NCBI GenBank assembly: GCA_949841245.1 | Contig: CATKYT010000003.1 | Span: forward strand, 1,877-65,876 | DNA: 64,000 nt | Origin: an uncultured Eubacteriales bacterium | GTDB lineage: Bacteria > Bacillota > Clostridia > Christensenellales > UBA1242 | Reading direction: 5' to 3' | Shown: piece by piece, positions 24,711 through 34,689 of the stretch | Numbering within the stretch: the first letter of the stretch is position 1 | How the letters are laid out: each line of letters starts with the position of its first letter | Position numbers and translations under genes: made by a program | The notes under the pieces: model-generated | Told to the model about the DNA's origin: nothing | Databases searched by the model: none | The model's input: only the letters and a program-made list of their open reading frames with translations

Positions 24711-25340
24711 ATGGAAGTAAAAATAATCAGACAGAAACGCAAAACTATGGTTTTAAAGGTTTTAAATTCGCAAGTGGCTGAACTTCATGTTCCAATAAAG
24801 ATGTCGGCATATAAAATTGAAGAATTTTTGGAATCAAAGCGTAATTGGTTGAATAAAGCACAAAAAAGAATGTTGGAAAATGAAAATTTTTCGAATTATT
24901 TTGATTTGCAAAAATATGTCTATGTCAATGGAGAAAAGGTGTATAATGTCAACTGTCTTGCAATGGATTATGATAATTTTACAGATGAAAAGAAGCATAA
25001 AGTTTTAAGAAAACATTATCTTTCTTTGTTTCAGCAAATGGAAAAACTTGCATATGAATTGTCTGAAAAAACTGGACTTACTTTTAAGCAACTTAAATCT
25101 TGTGATTCAACTCGAATTTGGGGAAGTTATAATTCTGACAGGATTATGAAATTAAACTGGAAATTGGTTGTTTTGCCTAAAAGGTTGGCTTATTATGTGG
25201 TATGCCATGAACTGTGCCACAGTTTACATTTCAATCATAAACCACAATTTTGGAAGGATGTGGAAAAAATTTGCCCTGATTATAAAAAATTGAAAGGGGA
25301 ATTGAAAAAATATTCCTTTGTTTTAAGAACCAAATTCTAA
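24711..25340 (+). CDS. YgjP-like (DUF45 / M48-related) zinc metallopeptidase
   Basis: HELCHSLHFNH (HExxH) near the C-terminus. The N-terminal IIRQKRKTMVLKV is typical of DUF45. The start is taken at ATG 24711 (MEVKII...). Confidence 0.7.
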   Translation: MEVKIIRQKRKTMVLKVLNSQVAELHVPIKMSAYKIEEFLESKRNWLNKAQKRMLENENFSNYFDLQKYVYVNGEKVYNVNCLAMDYDNFTDEKKHKVLRKHYLSLFQQMEKLAYELSEKTGLTFKQLKSCDSTRIWGSYNSDRIMKLNWKLVVLPKRLAYYVVCHELCHSLHFNHKPQFWKDVEKICPDYKKLKGELKKYSFVLRTKF

Positions 25341-25385
25341 TTGTTGAACGAATAATTTAAACAAATCGACAAACACTAAAAGAGC

Positions 25386-26570
25386 ATGAAAAAGTTTTAT
25401 ATGTCTCTTTTTTGTTTGGTTTTGATGTGTGCATTGACTTTGTCAATATTGTTGCCAATGCAAGCCTTAAACCAGTTGGACGGCGGTTTTATGGCTAGTT
25501 ATGAAGATGTTGATTCAGCAAACAAGAACAAAATTTTTGGCAGTTTAATTAAATCAGAGTTGACAGAAAAAGAAAAAAGTGTAGATGGCCAGAAAACTAA
25601 GCAAGGTGAAATTGTTTTTAAATTATTTGGTTTAATTCCGATTAAAAAGGTTGGTGTTGTCATGGCAAATGATGACGACTATTTTGTCGGTGGAAAGCCA
25701 ATTGGTTTATCTATTTTAACTGATGGTGCAATTGTTATAAGTGATGAAAATGATGACAAAACAACGCTTAAAGAAGGTGACATAATCACTAAAATTGATG
25801 GAAAGAATGTGAAGGGTCTTGGTGAAGTGCAAGATTATTTGCAAAATGAAGTAAAAGATGAAGTTGAAGTGGAATATATGCGAAAAAATAAACCACTTAA
25901 AACTTTAATTAAAGTAAAAAAAGATGATTTAACAGGAAAATTGAAGTTGGGATTGTGGGTAAAAGATGATGTTACAGGCGTTGGAACATTGACATTCGTA
26001 AATAAAAATAATCACAAATACAGCGCTTTGGGGCATCCAATCACGGAAGGAAATGGCGGAAATATGATTCCTATTGCTGATGGAGACATTTATGAATGTA
26101 ATTTGATTGGCATAAACAAGGGGGTTAAAAATGACCCTGGGGAATTGAAATGTGTATTTTCTTCCAATTCAAAAAGTAAAGGCACGATTGAAAGTAATTC
26201 CAAATATGGAATAAATGGCGTGTTAAACAACATTGAAGGTCTTGTTGATGAAAATGTCACTGCCAAACTTGGTGGTCGATTAAGTGTGAAAATGGGTGAT
26301 GCAAAGATTGTTTCTTGTGTAAGTGGAATCAGAGAAGAATATGACATTGAAATAATTAAAGCAAACTATCAAAGAAAAGCAAATGATAAAAGTATAATTT
26401 TTCGAGTGAAAGATAAAAGGCTTTTGGAACTTACTGGTGGAATAGTTCAGGGGATGAGTGGCTCTCCTATATTGCAAAATGGAAAAATTATTGGTGCTGT
26501 TACTCATGTTTTCTTAAATGACCCAACAAAAGGTTATGCAGTTTACAGTGATTGGATGTTGGCTGAATAA
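25386..26570 (+). CDS. spoIVB: SpoIVB signalling serine peptidase (S55)
   Basis: N-terminal TM helix, PDZ-like region (LKEGDIITKIDGKNV), LGHPI His motif and catalytic GMSGSPI. It sits downstream of recN, as in Bacillus. Confidence 0.9.
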   Translation: MKKFYMSLFCLVLMCALTLSILLPMQALNQLDGGFMASYEDVDSANKNKIFGSLIKSELTEKEKSVDGQKTKQGEIVFKLFGLIPIKKVGVVMANDDDYFVGGKPIGLSILTDGAIVISDENDDKTTLKEGDIITKIDGKNVKGLGEVQDYLQNEVKDEVEVEYMRKNKPLKTLIKVKKDDLTGKLKLGLWVKDDVTGVGTLTFVNKNNHKYSALGHPITEGNGGNMIPIADGDIYECNLIGINKGVKNDPGELKCVFSSNSKSKGTIESNSKYGINGVLNNIEGLVDENVTAKLGGRLSVKMGDAKIVSCVSGIREEYDIEIIKANYQRKANDKSIIFRVKDKRLLELTGGIVQGMSGSPILQNGKIIGAVTHVFLNDPTKGYAVYSDWMLAE

Positions 26571-26575
26571 TAAAA

Positions 26576-26634
26576 AATACTACACAAGATTTTGTGTAGT
26601 ATTTATCATAATACGGCAGATATATGGTGTTATG
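26576..26634. repeat. Intergenic palindromic repeat, copy R5 (about 4 units)
   Basis: AATACTACACAAG-at-TTTGTGTAGTATTTATCATAATACGGCAGATATATGGTGTTATG. It lies between the convergent spoIVB and SDR genes, and the first hairpin may double as a terminator. Confidence 0.65.
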
Positions 26635-26637
26635 TTG

Positions 26638-27360
26638 TTATTCAAGAATTAAACCACCATCAACATAAAGCGTTTGACCTGTAATGAATGACGCTTTTTC
26701 ACTGGACAGAAAATAAATTGCATTTGCAACATCTTGACAAGTTCCAAGTCTTTTAAGCGGAGTCATGTTTGCGATTTCTTCTTTTTCTTCACAAGTCAGA
26801 TTGTTGTTCATTTTAGTGTCAATAAATCCAGGGGCAACTACATTGCAACGAACATCTAAATTGCCAAGTTCACTTGAAATGGAACGGCAAAGCCCTGAAA
26901 GTCCACTTTTTGTTGCTGTGTAGATGCTTTCGCATGAACAGCCGTTTTTTTCCACAAAAGAGCCAACAAGAACAATGTTTGAAGGGTGTTTGTTTGCAGT
27001 TATTTTGGTGAATTCTCGTATACATTTAATCACTGAAATGATGTTTACATCAAAAAGATTTTCAATTTCTTCATTTGTTACATCTAAAATTAATTTTCTT
27101 TGTTGAGCGATTCCAGAACAAAAAACCAGAGTGTCAATATAATCAAAATCTGATGACACTTTTTTAAAAAAGTCTTCAATTTCCGATGCTTTTGTAAGAT
27201 CTAGTTTATAACTTTTAAAGTCTGTTGTGGATTTATCAAAATCAACTTGATTTTTGTTGAAGGTGACAGCAACGGAAAAATTATTTTTTGAAAAAGTTTT
27301 TGCTGTTGCTTTTCCTATATCACCAGATGCTCCTATGATTATGGCAGTTTTTTTAATCAT
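26638..27360 (-). CDS. SDR-family oxidoreductase (FabG-like)
   Basis: GASGDIGKA cofactor motif, YTATKSG catalytic Tyr/Lys and C-terminal SSEKASFITGQTLYVDGG. Confidence 0.85.
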   Translation of the reverse strand: MIKKTAIIIGASGDIGKATAKTFSKNNFSVAVTFNKNQVDFDKSTTDFKSYKLDLTKASEIEDFFKKVSSDFDYIDTLVFCSGIAQQRKLILDVTNEEIENLFDVNIISVIKCIREFTKITANKHPSNIVLVGSFVEKNGCSCESIYTATKSGLSGLCRSISSELGNLDVRCNVVAPGFIDTKMNNNLTCEEKEEIANMTPLKRLGTCQDVANAIYFLSSEKASFITGQTLYVDGGLILE

Positions 27361-27441
27361 TAATTTTCTCCTTTTTTAAATAAAAAACCCATTTTCATGG
27401 GCAAATTATTATTTTAAAATAACATTTATTTAACAAGACTT

Positions 27442-28287
27442 TTATTCAGTTGTCCAAGCCATTCCAACTGCTGGGCCAGCATGAGTGGACACCACAGGAC
27501 CAACTTCGCCTTCATAAATTTCAATTTCATCTTTATCTTCACGGCTTTCAATGTGTTTATAAAGCATGTTTTTCCAAGTTTCATAAAGTGTTGAATTTGC
27601 AATATGAAGAATAAATAATCTTTTTAATTTATGTGGTTGCGGAATCATGTTTATCATATCTCTCATGGCTCTTTGCATGCCAAAACTGTTTTTGTTTTTA
27701 AGGTCGCCTTTATTGAAATAAACGATTGGTTTAATTTGCAAAATAGAACCTATTGTGGCGGTTACTTTTCCAATTCTGCCACCTTTATAGATGTATTCCA
27801 AAGTGTCAGGAACGAAAACTATTTGGCTGTTTTCTCTTAAAACTTCCAACCTTTCAATGATTTCTTGGCAAGTTTTTCCTGCATCACGCATGTTGACTGC
27901 TTCCATGATATAGCCCCAAATTGTTTGAGCAAGTGCCATGCTGTCAAAGACATAAACCTTACTTGGGTCTTTGCTTTGATTCTTTGCAAGGTTTGCGGTG
28001 CTGTATGTTCCTGAAACGGTGCTGCTTATTGTGAAAATTAAAACTTCATCGCCGTTATCAATGCCTTTGTTTATTTCTTCAATGAAAAGTTCCAAAGAAG
28101 GTTGGCTTGTCTTTGGACAAATTTTTGTTTTTGTGAAATCTTCAAAAAATTTGTCAAAAGTTCCTGGAAAGCCTTCTTCAAATTCTGTGTCTTGATAAAG
28201 CACACGAAGGGGAACAATGGAAATGTCATGTTTTTCTGCATATTCTTTTGTCATGTAAGAAGTGCTGTCGCTTATTATTTTAATCAT
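27442..28287 (-). CDS. DegV-family fatty-acid-binding protein
   Basis: MIKIISDSTSYMT N-terminus, SSTVSGTYSTA and GGRIGK motifs, 281 aa. Confidence 0.88.
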   Translation of the reverse strand: MIKIISDSTSYMTKEYAEKHDISIVPLRVLYQDTEFEEGFPGTFDKFFEDFTKTKICPKTSQPSLELFIEEINKGIDNGDEVLIFTISSTVSGTYSTANLAKNQSKDPSKVYVFDSMALAQTIWGYIMEAVNMRDAGKTCQEIIERLEVLRENSQIVFVPDTLEYIYKGGRIGKVTATIGSILQIKPIVYFNKGDLKNKNSFGMQRAMRDMINMIPQPHKLKRLFILHIANSTLYETWKNMLYKHIESREDKDEIEIYEGEVGPVVSTHAGPAVGMAWTTE

Positions 28288-28487
28288 ATTTTAAACTCCT
28301 TAAAAGAGATTTGTTTAAAGTTTTCATTTTATTATAACATGTTAAGTCTGTTTTACAAAATGTTTTAATCAAATTTTTATTGACAATAAATTGCATTATT
28401 TAAACCATTTGTTTGATTTTGTTGACTTAGTTATTTATATATGTTATATTTTTTATGATATTCTATTAACCTTGGAGGGACTGTAAA

Positions 28488-29945
28488 ATGGAAGAAATTT
28501 TGTCAAATGAAATTGATATAAGAAGACAAAAAATTGAAGAAATTAAGAAAATGGGGGAAATCCCTTATAAAGACAAATTTGAAAGAACTTGCACCATAAA
28601 AGAGGCTCGCACTAAACTTGGAGAACATGTTAAAATTGCTGGTCGAATTGTTTTTCGCCGTGTGATGGGAAAATTTGGTTTCTGCCAAATCAGAGATATA
28701 TACGACAAAATTCAAATTTCAGTTGGAAGAAATGAATTCAGTGAAGAAGACTATAACTTTTATAAAAAGATGATTGACATTGCTGACTTCATTGGTGTTG
28801 AAGGGGAAGTTTATGAAACACAAACTGGTGAAGTGACTGTTAAGGCAGAAAAAATCACTTTGCTTTCAAAAACATTAAGACCGCTTCCTGAAAAATTCCA
28901 TGGAATTAGCGACACAGAAATCAGATATAGACAACGCTATCTTGACCTTATTACAAATGAAGAAACAAGAGAAATCTTTTTGACAAGAAGCAAAATGGTT
29001 TCATTCATTCGCCGTTTCCTTGAAGATAACGGTTTCTTGGAAGTGGAAACTCCTATTTTGCAAACAAATGTTTCTGGTGCAAGTGCTAAACCATTCTTTA
29101 CTCATCATAATGCTTTGGATTTGCAATGTAATTTGCGTATTGCATTTGAATGTGCATTGAAAGAATGTATTGCTGCTGGCATTGACAGAGTTTTTGAACT
29201 TGGCAAAGACTTCCGAAACGAAGGAATGGATCCTTTCCATTTGCAGGAATTTACACAAGTTGAATGGTATGCTTCATATTGGGATTTTGAAGACAACATC
29301 AAGTTTTTCAAAAAGTTTATAGTTGACCTTATGAAAACATGTCTTGGAAAAACCAAGGTCAATTATCAAGGGCAAGAAGTGGAATTTGACATTGAATGGG
29401 ACAGAATTGATTATGTTGCAAGAATGACCGAACTTTTGGGTTGTGATTTCCTTGACATTACCGACCTTGAAACATTGAAAAAAATTGCTGTGGAACGCGG
29501 ACTTTTCAAATATTCTGACCTTGAAGAATGCAAATCAGTGCGCACTCTTATTGACTACATTTACAAGCGTAAAATTCGTGCTGTGATTGTAAAGCCAACA
29601 ATTTTGTTTAACTATCCTGCTTCTCTTAAACCACTTGCAAGACGCAATGATAAAGATGAAAGAATTGTTGATGTATTCCAAATTGTTGCTGGCGGTCAAG
29701 AATTGGTAAACGCTTATTCAGAATTGGTTGACCCATATATTCAAAGACAAACTTTGGAATCTCAGTTGGCTGAAAAGAATGCGGGTGATGAAGAAACTAT
29801 GGATGTTGATGAAGATTTCTTGCTTGCTATGGAACATGGTATGCCACCAATTTCTGGACTTGGCTTTGGAATTGACAGATTCTTGCAATTTGTTTTTGAC
29901 TGTCCAAACATCCGCGATGTAGTGCTTTTCCCACTTATGAAATAA
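28488..29945 (+). CDS. lysS: Lysine--tRNA ligase (class II)
   Basis: OB-fold N-terminus, RQRYLDLI, ELGKDFRNEGMD (motif 2) and GLGFGIDRFL (motif 3). Confidence 0.93.
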   Translation: MEEILSNEIDIRRQKIEEIKKMGEIPYKDKFERTCTIKEARTKLGEHVKIAGRIVFRRVMGKFGFCQIRDIYDKIQISVGRNEFSEEDYNFYKKMIDIADFIGVEGEVYETQTGEVTVKAEKITLLSKTLRPLPEKFHGISDTEIRYRQRYLDLITNEETREIFLTRSKMVSFIRRFLEDNGFLEVETPILQTNVSGASAKPFFTHHNALDLQCNLRIAFECALKECIAAGIDRVFELGKDFRNEGMDPFHLQEFTQVEWYASYWDFEDNIKFFKKFIVDLMKTCLGKTKVNYQGQEVEFDIEWDRIDYVARMTELLGCDFLDITDLETLKKIAVERGLFKYSDLEECKSVRTLIDYIYKRKIRAVIVKPTILFNYPASLKPLARRNDKDERIVDVFQIVAGGQELVNAYSELVDPYIQRQTLESQLAEKNAGDEETMDVDEDFLLAMEHGMPPISGLGFGIDRFLQFVFDCPNIRDVVLFPLMK

Positions 29946-29970
29946 TTTTTTCAAAACTAAGGAGAATAAA

Positions 29971-30594
29971 ATGGATTCAAATGTAATTATGAATGGGCTT
30001 GATGCGATGTATCAAGATGCAGAATGTGAGTTGAAAAGCAACACTCCATTTGAAACTTTGGTGGCAGTTATTTTGTCAGCACAATGCACAGACAAGCGTG
30101 TAAACATAGTTACACAAGAACTTTTTAAGACACACAATAAACCAGAAGATTTTGCTTCTATGCCAATTGAAGAATTGGAACAAAGAATACACTCTTGTGG
30201 TTTCTATCATAATAAAGCAAAGTCAATCAAGTCTGCAAGCCGTGATATAATTGACAGGTTCGGTGGAGTTGTGCCAAATAATTTTGATGATTTGGTTTCT
30301 CTTGCAGGGGTGGGAAGAAAAACCGCTAATGTAGTGATTGCTGTTGCTTTTAAAGGTGATGCTTTGGCGGTTGACACTCATGTGCTTAGAGTTTCCAATA
30401 GGCTTGGGCTTGTTAAGACGGAAAATCCAAATGTTTGTGAAGATAATTTAAAATTGTTATTTCCAAAAGAAAAATGGTCAAAATTACATTATCAGATGGT
30501 TCTGTTTGGAAGATATACTTGCAAGGCAATTAAACCTGAATGCGAAAAGTGCGTTTTTAACAGAGAATGTCCAAACAGTCGTGACTTGCATTAA
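29971..30594 (+). CDS. nth: Endonuclease III
   Basis: HhH-GPD LAGVGRKTANVV, catalytic Lys/Asp region and C-terminal 4Fe-4S ligands CKAIKPECEKCVFNRECP. Confidence 0.92.
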   Translation: MDSNVIMNGLDAMYQDAECELKSNTPFETLVAVILSAQCTDKRVNIVTQELFKTHNKPEDFASMPIEELEQRIHSCGFYHNKAKSIKSASRDIIDRFGGVVPNNFDDLVSLAGVGRKTANVVIAVAFKGDALAVDTHVLRVSNRLGLVKTENPNVCEDNLKLLFPKEKWSKLHYQMVLFGRYTCKAIKPECEKCVFNRECPNSRDLH

Positions 30595-30738
30595 AACTTG
30601 GCTTGCAATAGCAAAAGAAAAAAGTTTAATTCAACTTTTTTGATTTTAAAATTAATTGTCAGCAAGGCAGAACATTTTGTGTAAATTAGTGTCGAAGTTA
30701 AAAGTTGAAATTTAATTAAAAATAAAAAGGAAGTTTGA

Positions 30739-32010
30739 ATGTTTTTAGACAGAGTTAAAATTTTTATAAAGGCTGGAAATGGTGGAAAGGGTTCTGCTTC
30801 TTTTTTGCGTAATGCGATGACTGCCAATGGTGGACCTGATGGTGGTGATGGTGGTCGTGGTGGGAATGTTGTTTTTAAAGCGACTGACGACATTAACACA
30901 CTTTACAGTTTCAGATTTAAAAAGAAATTTGTTGCTGAAAATGGTGAAGATGGACATCAAAAAAATCAGACTGGTAAAAGCGGTAAAGATGAAATAATCA
31001 AAGTTCCAACTGGAACGGTGTTAATCAACCCAAAAACTGATAAAATAATTGCTGACCTTAACGAAAATGGAGCAGAATTTATCGCTCTTAAAGGTGGTTA
31101 TGGTGGGCATGGAAATGCTTTTTATAAATCATCTACAAGACAAGCACCAACTTTCTCTCAACTTGGAGAAGTTGTTGAAGGGAAAGAAGTTATTTTAGAA
31201 CTTAAAACAATCGCTGATGTTGGGCTTGTAGGGTTTCCAAATGTTGGGAAATCCACACTTTTGTCAATAATTTCAAATGCCAATCCAAAAATTGCCAACT
31301 ATCATTTTACAACAATTTTTCCAAATCTTGGCGTTTGTGAAGTTTTGGGAGAAACATTTGTTGTTGCTGACATTCCAGGGCTTATTGAAGGGGCAAGTGC
31401 GGGTTTAGGCTTGGGACATTATTTTTTGAAACATGTCGAAAGAGTAAGACTTATTGTTCATTTGGTGGACATTTCGGAATGCGAAGGTCGAAATGCTGTT
31501 GAAGATTTTAAAATTATCAACAAAGAATTGGGTGATTACAGCAAAGAACTTGTTAAAACAAAACAAATTTTGGTTTTTTCAAAGTGTGACTTATTGGAAA
31601 AAGATGTTTTGGAAGAAAAGATTAAAAATTTCACAGAAAAAGTTGGTGTAAAAGATTATTTATGTCTTTCTTCTTACACTCATCAAGGTGTGGAAGACTT
31701 GAAAAAGAAAGTTTTGGAAGAATTAAAGAAAATTCCTAAAAAACCACCACTTGAAGTGGAAGAATTTGACTTTGACAAAAAAGATTTTTCTTCTATGGAA
31801 ATCAAGCGTCATGATGACGGAAGTTTTGAGGTTTATGGTGGAAGAATTGAATCTTTGGCAAGAGGAGTTGTGGTTTCAGACCCAAGGTCTTTTGCATATT
31901 TCCAGAGTAAATTGCAAGAAATGGGTGTCATAGATATGCTTAAACAGCGTGGTTTAAAACAAGGCGACATAGTTATTATAAAAGATATAACTTTTGAATA
32001 TATCGATTAA
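30739..32010 (+). CDS. obg: GTPase Obg/CgtA
   Basis: MFLDRVKIFIKAGNGGKG N-terminus, Gly-rich Obg fold, G1 GFPNVGKST, G3 DIPGLIEGA and a C-terminal OCT domain. Confidence 0.95.
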   Translation: MFLDRVKIFIKAGNGGKGSASFLRNAMTANGGPDGGDGGRGGNVVFKATDDINTLYSFRFKKKFVAENGEDGHQKNQTGKSGKDEIIKVPTGTVLINPKTDKIIADLNENGAEFIALKGGYGGHGNAFYKSSTRQAPTFSQLGEVVEGKEVILELKTIADVGLVGFPNVGKSTLLSIISNANPKIANYHFTTIFPNLGVCEVLGETFVVADIPGLIEGASAGLGLGHYFLKHVERVRLIVHLVDISECEGRNAVEDFKIINKELGDYSKELVKTKQILVFSKCDLLEKDVLEEKIKNFTEKVGVKDYLCLSSYTHQGVEDLKKKVLEELKKIPKKPPLEVEEFDFDKKDFSSMEIKRHDDGSFEVYGGRIESLARGVVVSDPRSFAYFQSKLQEMGVIDMLKQRGLKQGDIVIIKDITFEYID

Positions 32011-32058
32011 ACGAATTCTTATTTGTTTATTTTGATAAGGATTAAAAAATAAATTTAA

Positions 32059-32105
32059 AATATGTTGTAGTATTATGTAAGCATAACACCACAATATGTA
32101 GTATA
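32059..32105. repeat. Intergenic palindromic repeat, copy R6
   Basis: AATATGTTGTAGTATTATG-taag-CATAACACCACAATATGTAGTATA, between obg and yhbY. Confidence 0.75.
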
Positions 32106-32116
32106 AAAGGAAAAAT

Positions 32117-32413
32117 ATGATTACAACAAAACAAAGAGCGTTTTTAAGAGCAATGGGCAATGCACTTGACCCAGTAATGCAAATTGGCAAAGAAGGTTTA
32201 ACAGAAAATGTTTTGGAAAGCATCAATCTTTTGTTGGAAGCAAGAGAACTTGCCAAGTTTAAGATGTTGAAAAACTGTGATGAAGACCCAAAAATGCTTG
32301 CAAATGAGATTGCAAAACAAATTAATGCAGAAGTTGTGCAAGTTATTGGAAATATTTTTATTTTGTATAAAAAGTCTACACGAAAAAATTTCAAACATAT
32401 TGAATTGCCATAA
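32117..32413 (+). CDS. yhbY: YhbY-family (CRM domain) RNA-binding protein
   Basis: [29 protein letters not shown]... matches the YhbY/YqeI pattern; 98 aa. Confidence 0.85.
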   Translation: MITTKQRAFLRAMGNALDPVMQIGKEGLTENVLESINLLLEARELAKFKMLKNCDEDPKMLANEIAKQINAEVVQVIGNIFILYKKSTRKNFKHIELP

Positions 32414-32428
32414 TTAAGGGGAATATTG

Positions 32429-32969
32429 ATGAAAGTTATTTTGTTTTATGGAACAGAGTGTAATAAAAACACTGCTTGGCTTCCTTGGCTTAAAACAAAA
32501 TTGGAAGAAAATGGCATAAGTTGCATTATTCCTGATTTGCCAACGCCTGAAAACCAAACTTATAAGAATTGGGCGAAAATTGCAGAGCAAATTGAAATAA
32601 ATGCGGATGATGTAGTGGTAGGTTGGTCAACTGGTGCTATTTTTGCAGTAAAATTTTTGTTTTTGCATAAATTGAAAGTGAAAAAACTGCTTTTAGTCAG
32701 CGGTTTCAATAATTATGTAGGCAATGTTCCACAAGTGGACACCATCAATAAAGATTTCTTTGTGCCAACACTTGAAAATGCAAATTTGGTGGCAAATGAA
32801 ATTGTTTGTTTTAAAAGTGATAATGACCCATTTATAACTCAATATGCATTAAATTCATTTGCAAAAAATTTGAAAGCACAACTTAAAAACATAGCGGGGG
32901 GGGGGACACTTCAATCTTTCATCAGGCTTTTTAAAATTTGAAGAATTATTTGAAGAAATATTAAAATGA
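32429..32969 (+). pseudogene. YdeN/RBBP9-type serine hydrolase interrupted by a +1 frameshift in a G10 tract (32896-32905)
   Basis: Nucleophile elbow GWSTG and acid motif KSDNDPF are in frame. After the G10 run the annotated frame reads IAGGGTLQSFIRLFKI*. Removing one G gives IAGGGHFNLSSGFLKFEELFEEILK*, which restores the family's GGHF catalytic-His motif. Confidence 0.7.
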
Positions 32970-32978
32970 AAACTAAAC

Positions 32979-33842
32979 TTACAATATTTGTGTGTTGTGT
33001 TTAACATTGAAATAAGGATTAAATTGTGACAGAATTGCAAAGACAACAAGAAGTGATGCAATTATGCAATAATAAAGACTTGCTCGAACGAACAGACTGG
33101 CAAACACAAGAATAAAGGCAGAGAAAAGATAGCCCTTTGTTCTTTTTTTATTGAACGAATAAGCCAAAAAATCTTTAAACATCATCTTTTTTTCTTTGCT
33201 GTATTCAATGGTAATTTCTGGAAAATATTCATATTCTTTATAAAGTTTTTCATAAGTGTCATATTGATTTAAAAGCAAAAATTTTTCTTTAAAATTGTTG
33301 CAAAAAACACTTAAATTTTTGTCGGAAATTTCTTTGCAACAAATTATGATTTTGCCAGCTTTTTCAGACTTTATTTTGTTGTAAATTTCCATAAATCTTG
33401 CTTCTGTTAGTCCAGCAAAAGAAAGGTCTAACCAAAGCAATGTTTTGGTGTGATTTTCTGTTTCGTTGATGACTATATAATTTTTGTGTTTTACAATGTT
33501 TTTATGTCGTTTTGACGCCATTTTGACGAAATCATCAATGGGGTTATTTTTACAAGCCAATGAAAAGAATATGTTTTCGGCATCTTCTTTTTCTTTAAGT
33601 TTTAAACCAACCTTTTTTGTTTTGCTTCTTTTAAAAAGAAAAATTGCAAGGCTTATGAAAGCACTTATTAAAACCGCCAAAATAATAGACATGACAAATT
33701 TTCTGGTGAAATATCTCAGCCAAACAAATGAAATTAAAAACAATAGACAAAATTTTAAAAGTTCTTGGAAAACTAAACTTATTTTTCTCATATGAAGATT
33801 ATTGCCAAATGTTTGTTGTTTAGACATAAAATATCTTGACAA
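32979..33842 (-). CDS. Membrane protein of unknown function (2 N-terminal and 2 C-terminal TM helices flanking a soluble core)
   Basis: 287 aa; the start is ambiguous, with several in-frame Met codons near the N-terminus. TM helices include FCLLFLISFVWLRYF, SIILAVLISAFISLAIFLF, LFSAFILVFASLFV and YCIIASLLVVFAILS. Confidence 0.55.
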   Translation of the reverse strand: MSRYFMSKQQTFGNNLHMRKISLVFQELLKFCLLFLISFVWLRYFTRKFVMSIILAVLISAFISLAIFLFKRSKTKKVGLKLKEKEDAENIFFSLACKNNPIDDFVKMASKRHKNIVKHKNYIVINETENHTKTLLWLDLSFAGLTEARFMEIYNKIKSEKAGKIIICCKEISDKNLSVFCNNFKEKFLLLNQYDTYEKLYKEYEYFPEITIEYSKEKKMMFKDFLAYSFNKKRTKGYLFSAFILVFASLFVRASLYYCIIASLLVVFAILSQFNPYFNVKHNTQIL

Positions 33843-33871
33843 ATATAATAAGGGTTTGATAAAATTTATTT

Positions 33872-34186
33872 ATGAACGAAAATGTGCAAGCACTTGTGAA
33901 ACTTTTGCAAGACAACAAAATTAAAAACATCTCGGTTTATGAAGTGTCTTCTGATGTAGAAGGCAGATATATCATTTTGTCAACTTCCAATAAGGTGACT
34001 GACAGCAAAAAAGTGGCTGACATTATTGTGGAAAAATATAACTATACTGGAAAGGTAGAGGGATATTTTAAAGGCGAATGGATCGTTTTTGATTTTTTGA
34101 ATGTTACACTTCACATTTTCTTGCCAAAAGTAAGAGAAAAATATAATCTTGACAAACTTTATAAGCCAAGCAAAATTTCAATTTAA
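33872..34186 (+). CDS. rsfS: Ribosome silencing factor RsfS
   Basis: GEWIVFDFLNVTLHIFLPKVREKYNLDKLY matches the RsfS/iojap C-terminal signature. Confidence 0.85.
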   Translation: MNENVQALVKLLQDNKIKNISVYEVSSDVEGRYIILSTSNKVTDSKKVADIIVEKYNYTGKVEGYFKGEWIVFDFLNVTLHIFLPKVREKYNLDKLYKPSKISI

Positions 34187-34260
34187 CTATTTTTTTAAAA
34201 AACAAAGAAATTTACTTTGTTTTTTTTTATTTTTGGGTTATAATTTCATTAGGTGAAAGT

Positions 34261-34689
34261 ATGATTGAAATTTGCTTTATTTGCACTGGAAACACTTGTC
34301 GCTCTGTAATGGCAGAACGCATCGCAAAAAAGATGGCAAAAACAAAAAAAATTAAAGATGTAAAGTTTTCATCGGCAGGAGTTCGGGCAAATGGTGAAAA
34401 TATAACTAAGGGTGCTGTCTATGCTTTGAAAAGCCTGGGTTATGATTCACGCAAAAGAAAAAGTGTTCAATTGAAAAATGTCAAGCCAAATGTGGTTTAT
34501 GTCACGGTGACAAATGATCATAAAAAATTTGTGGATTCGAAAAGAGTTTTAAGTTTTGAAGATTTGGCAGGAAAAGTTTGTGACCCTTATGGTCAGGGCT
34601 TTGATGTTTATGAAACTACGGCAAAACAAATTGAAAAGAATGTTGAAATGTTGTTAAATAAAATTGAAAATTTGAGAGGTGTGGAATGA
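34261..34689 (+). CDS. Low-molecular-weight protein phosphatase (YwlE-like arginine/tyrosine phosphatase)
   Basis: Active-site P-loop CFICTGNTCRS and a DP motif (VCDPYG). It lies upstream of rpiB, as ywlE-ywlF do in Bacillus. Confidence 0.85.
   Translation: MIEICFICTGNTCRSVMAERIAKKMAKTKKIKDVKFSSAGVRANGENITKGAVYALKSLGYDSRKRKSVQLKNVKPNVVYVTVTNDHKKFVDSKRVLSFEDLAGKVCDPYGQGFDVYETTAKQIEKNVEMLLNKIENLRGVE

Noticed and set aside
25341-25385. Forespore-type (sigma-F/G) promoter upstream of spoIVB
   Set aside because: GAATAA...CACTAAA matches the GnATA/CATnnTA consensus only loosely, which is too weak to annotate.
30591-30899. Pro-rich minus-strand ORF (…PPRPPSPPSGPP…)
   Set aside because: It is the antisense reading of the Gly-rich GGxGGxGG repeats of Obg, so it is a mirror artefact.
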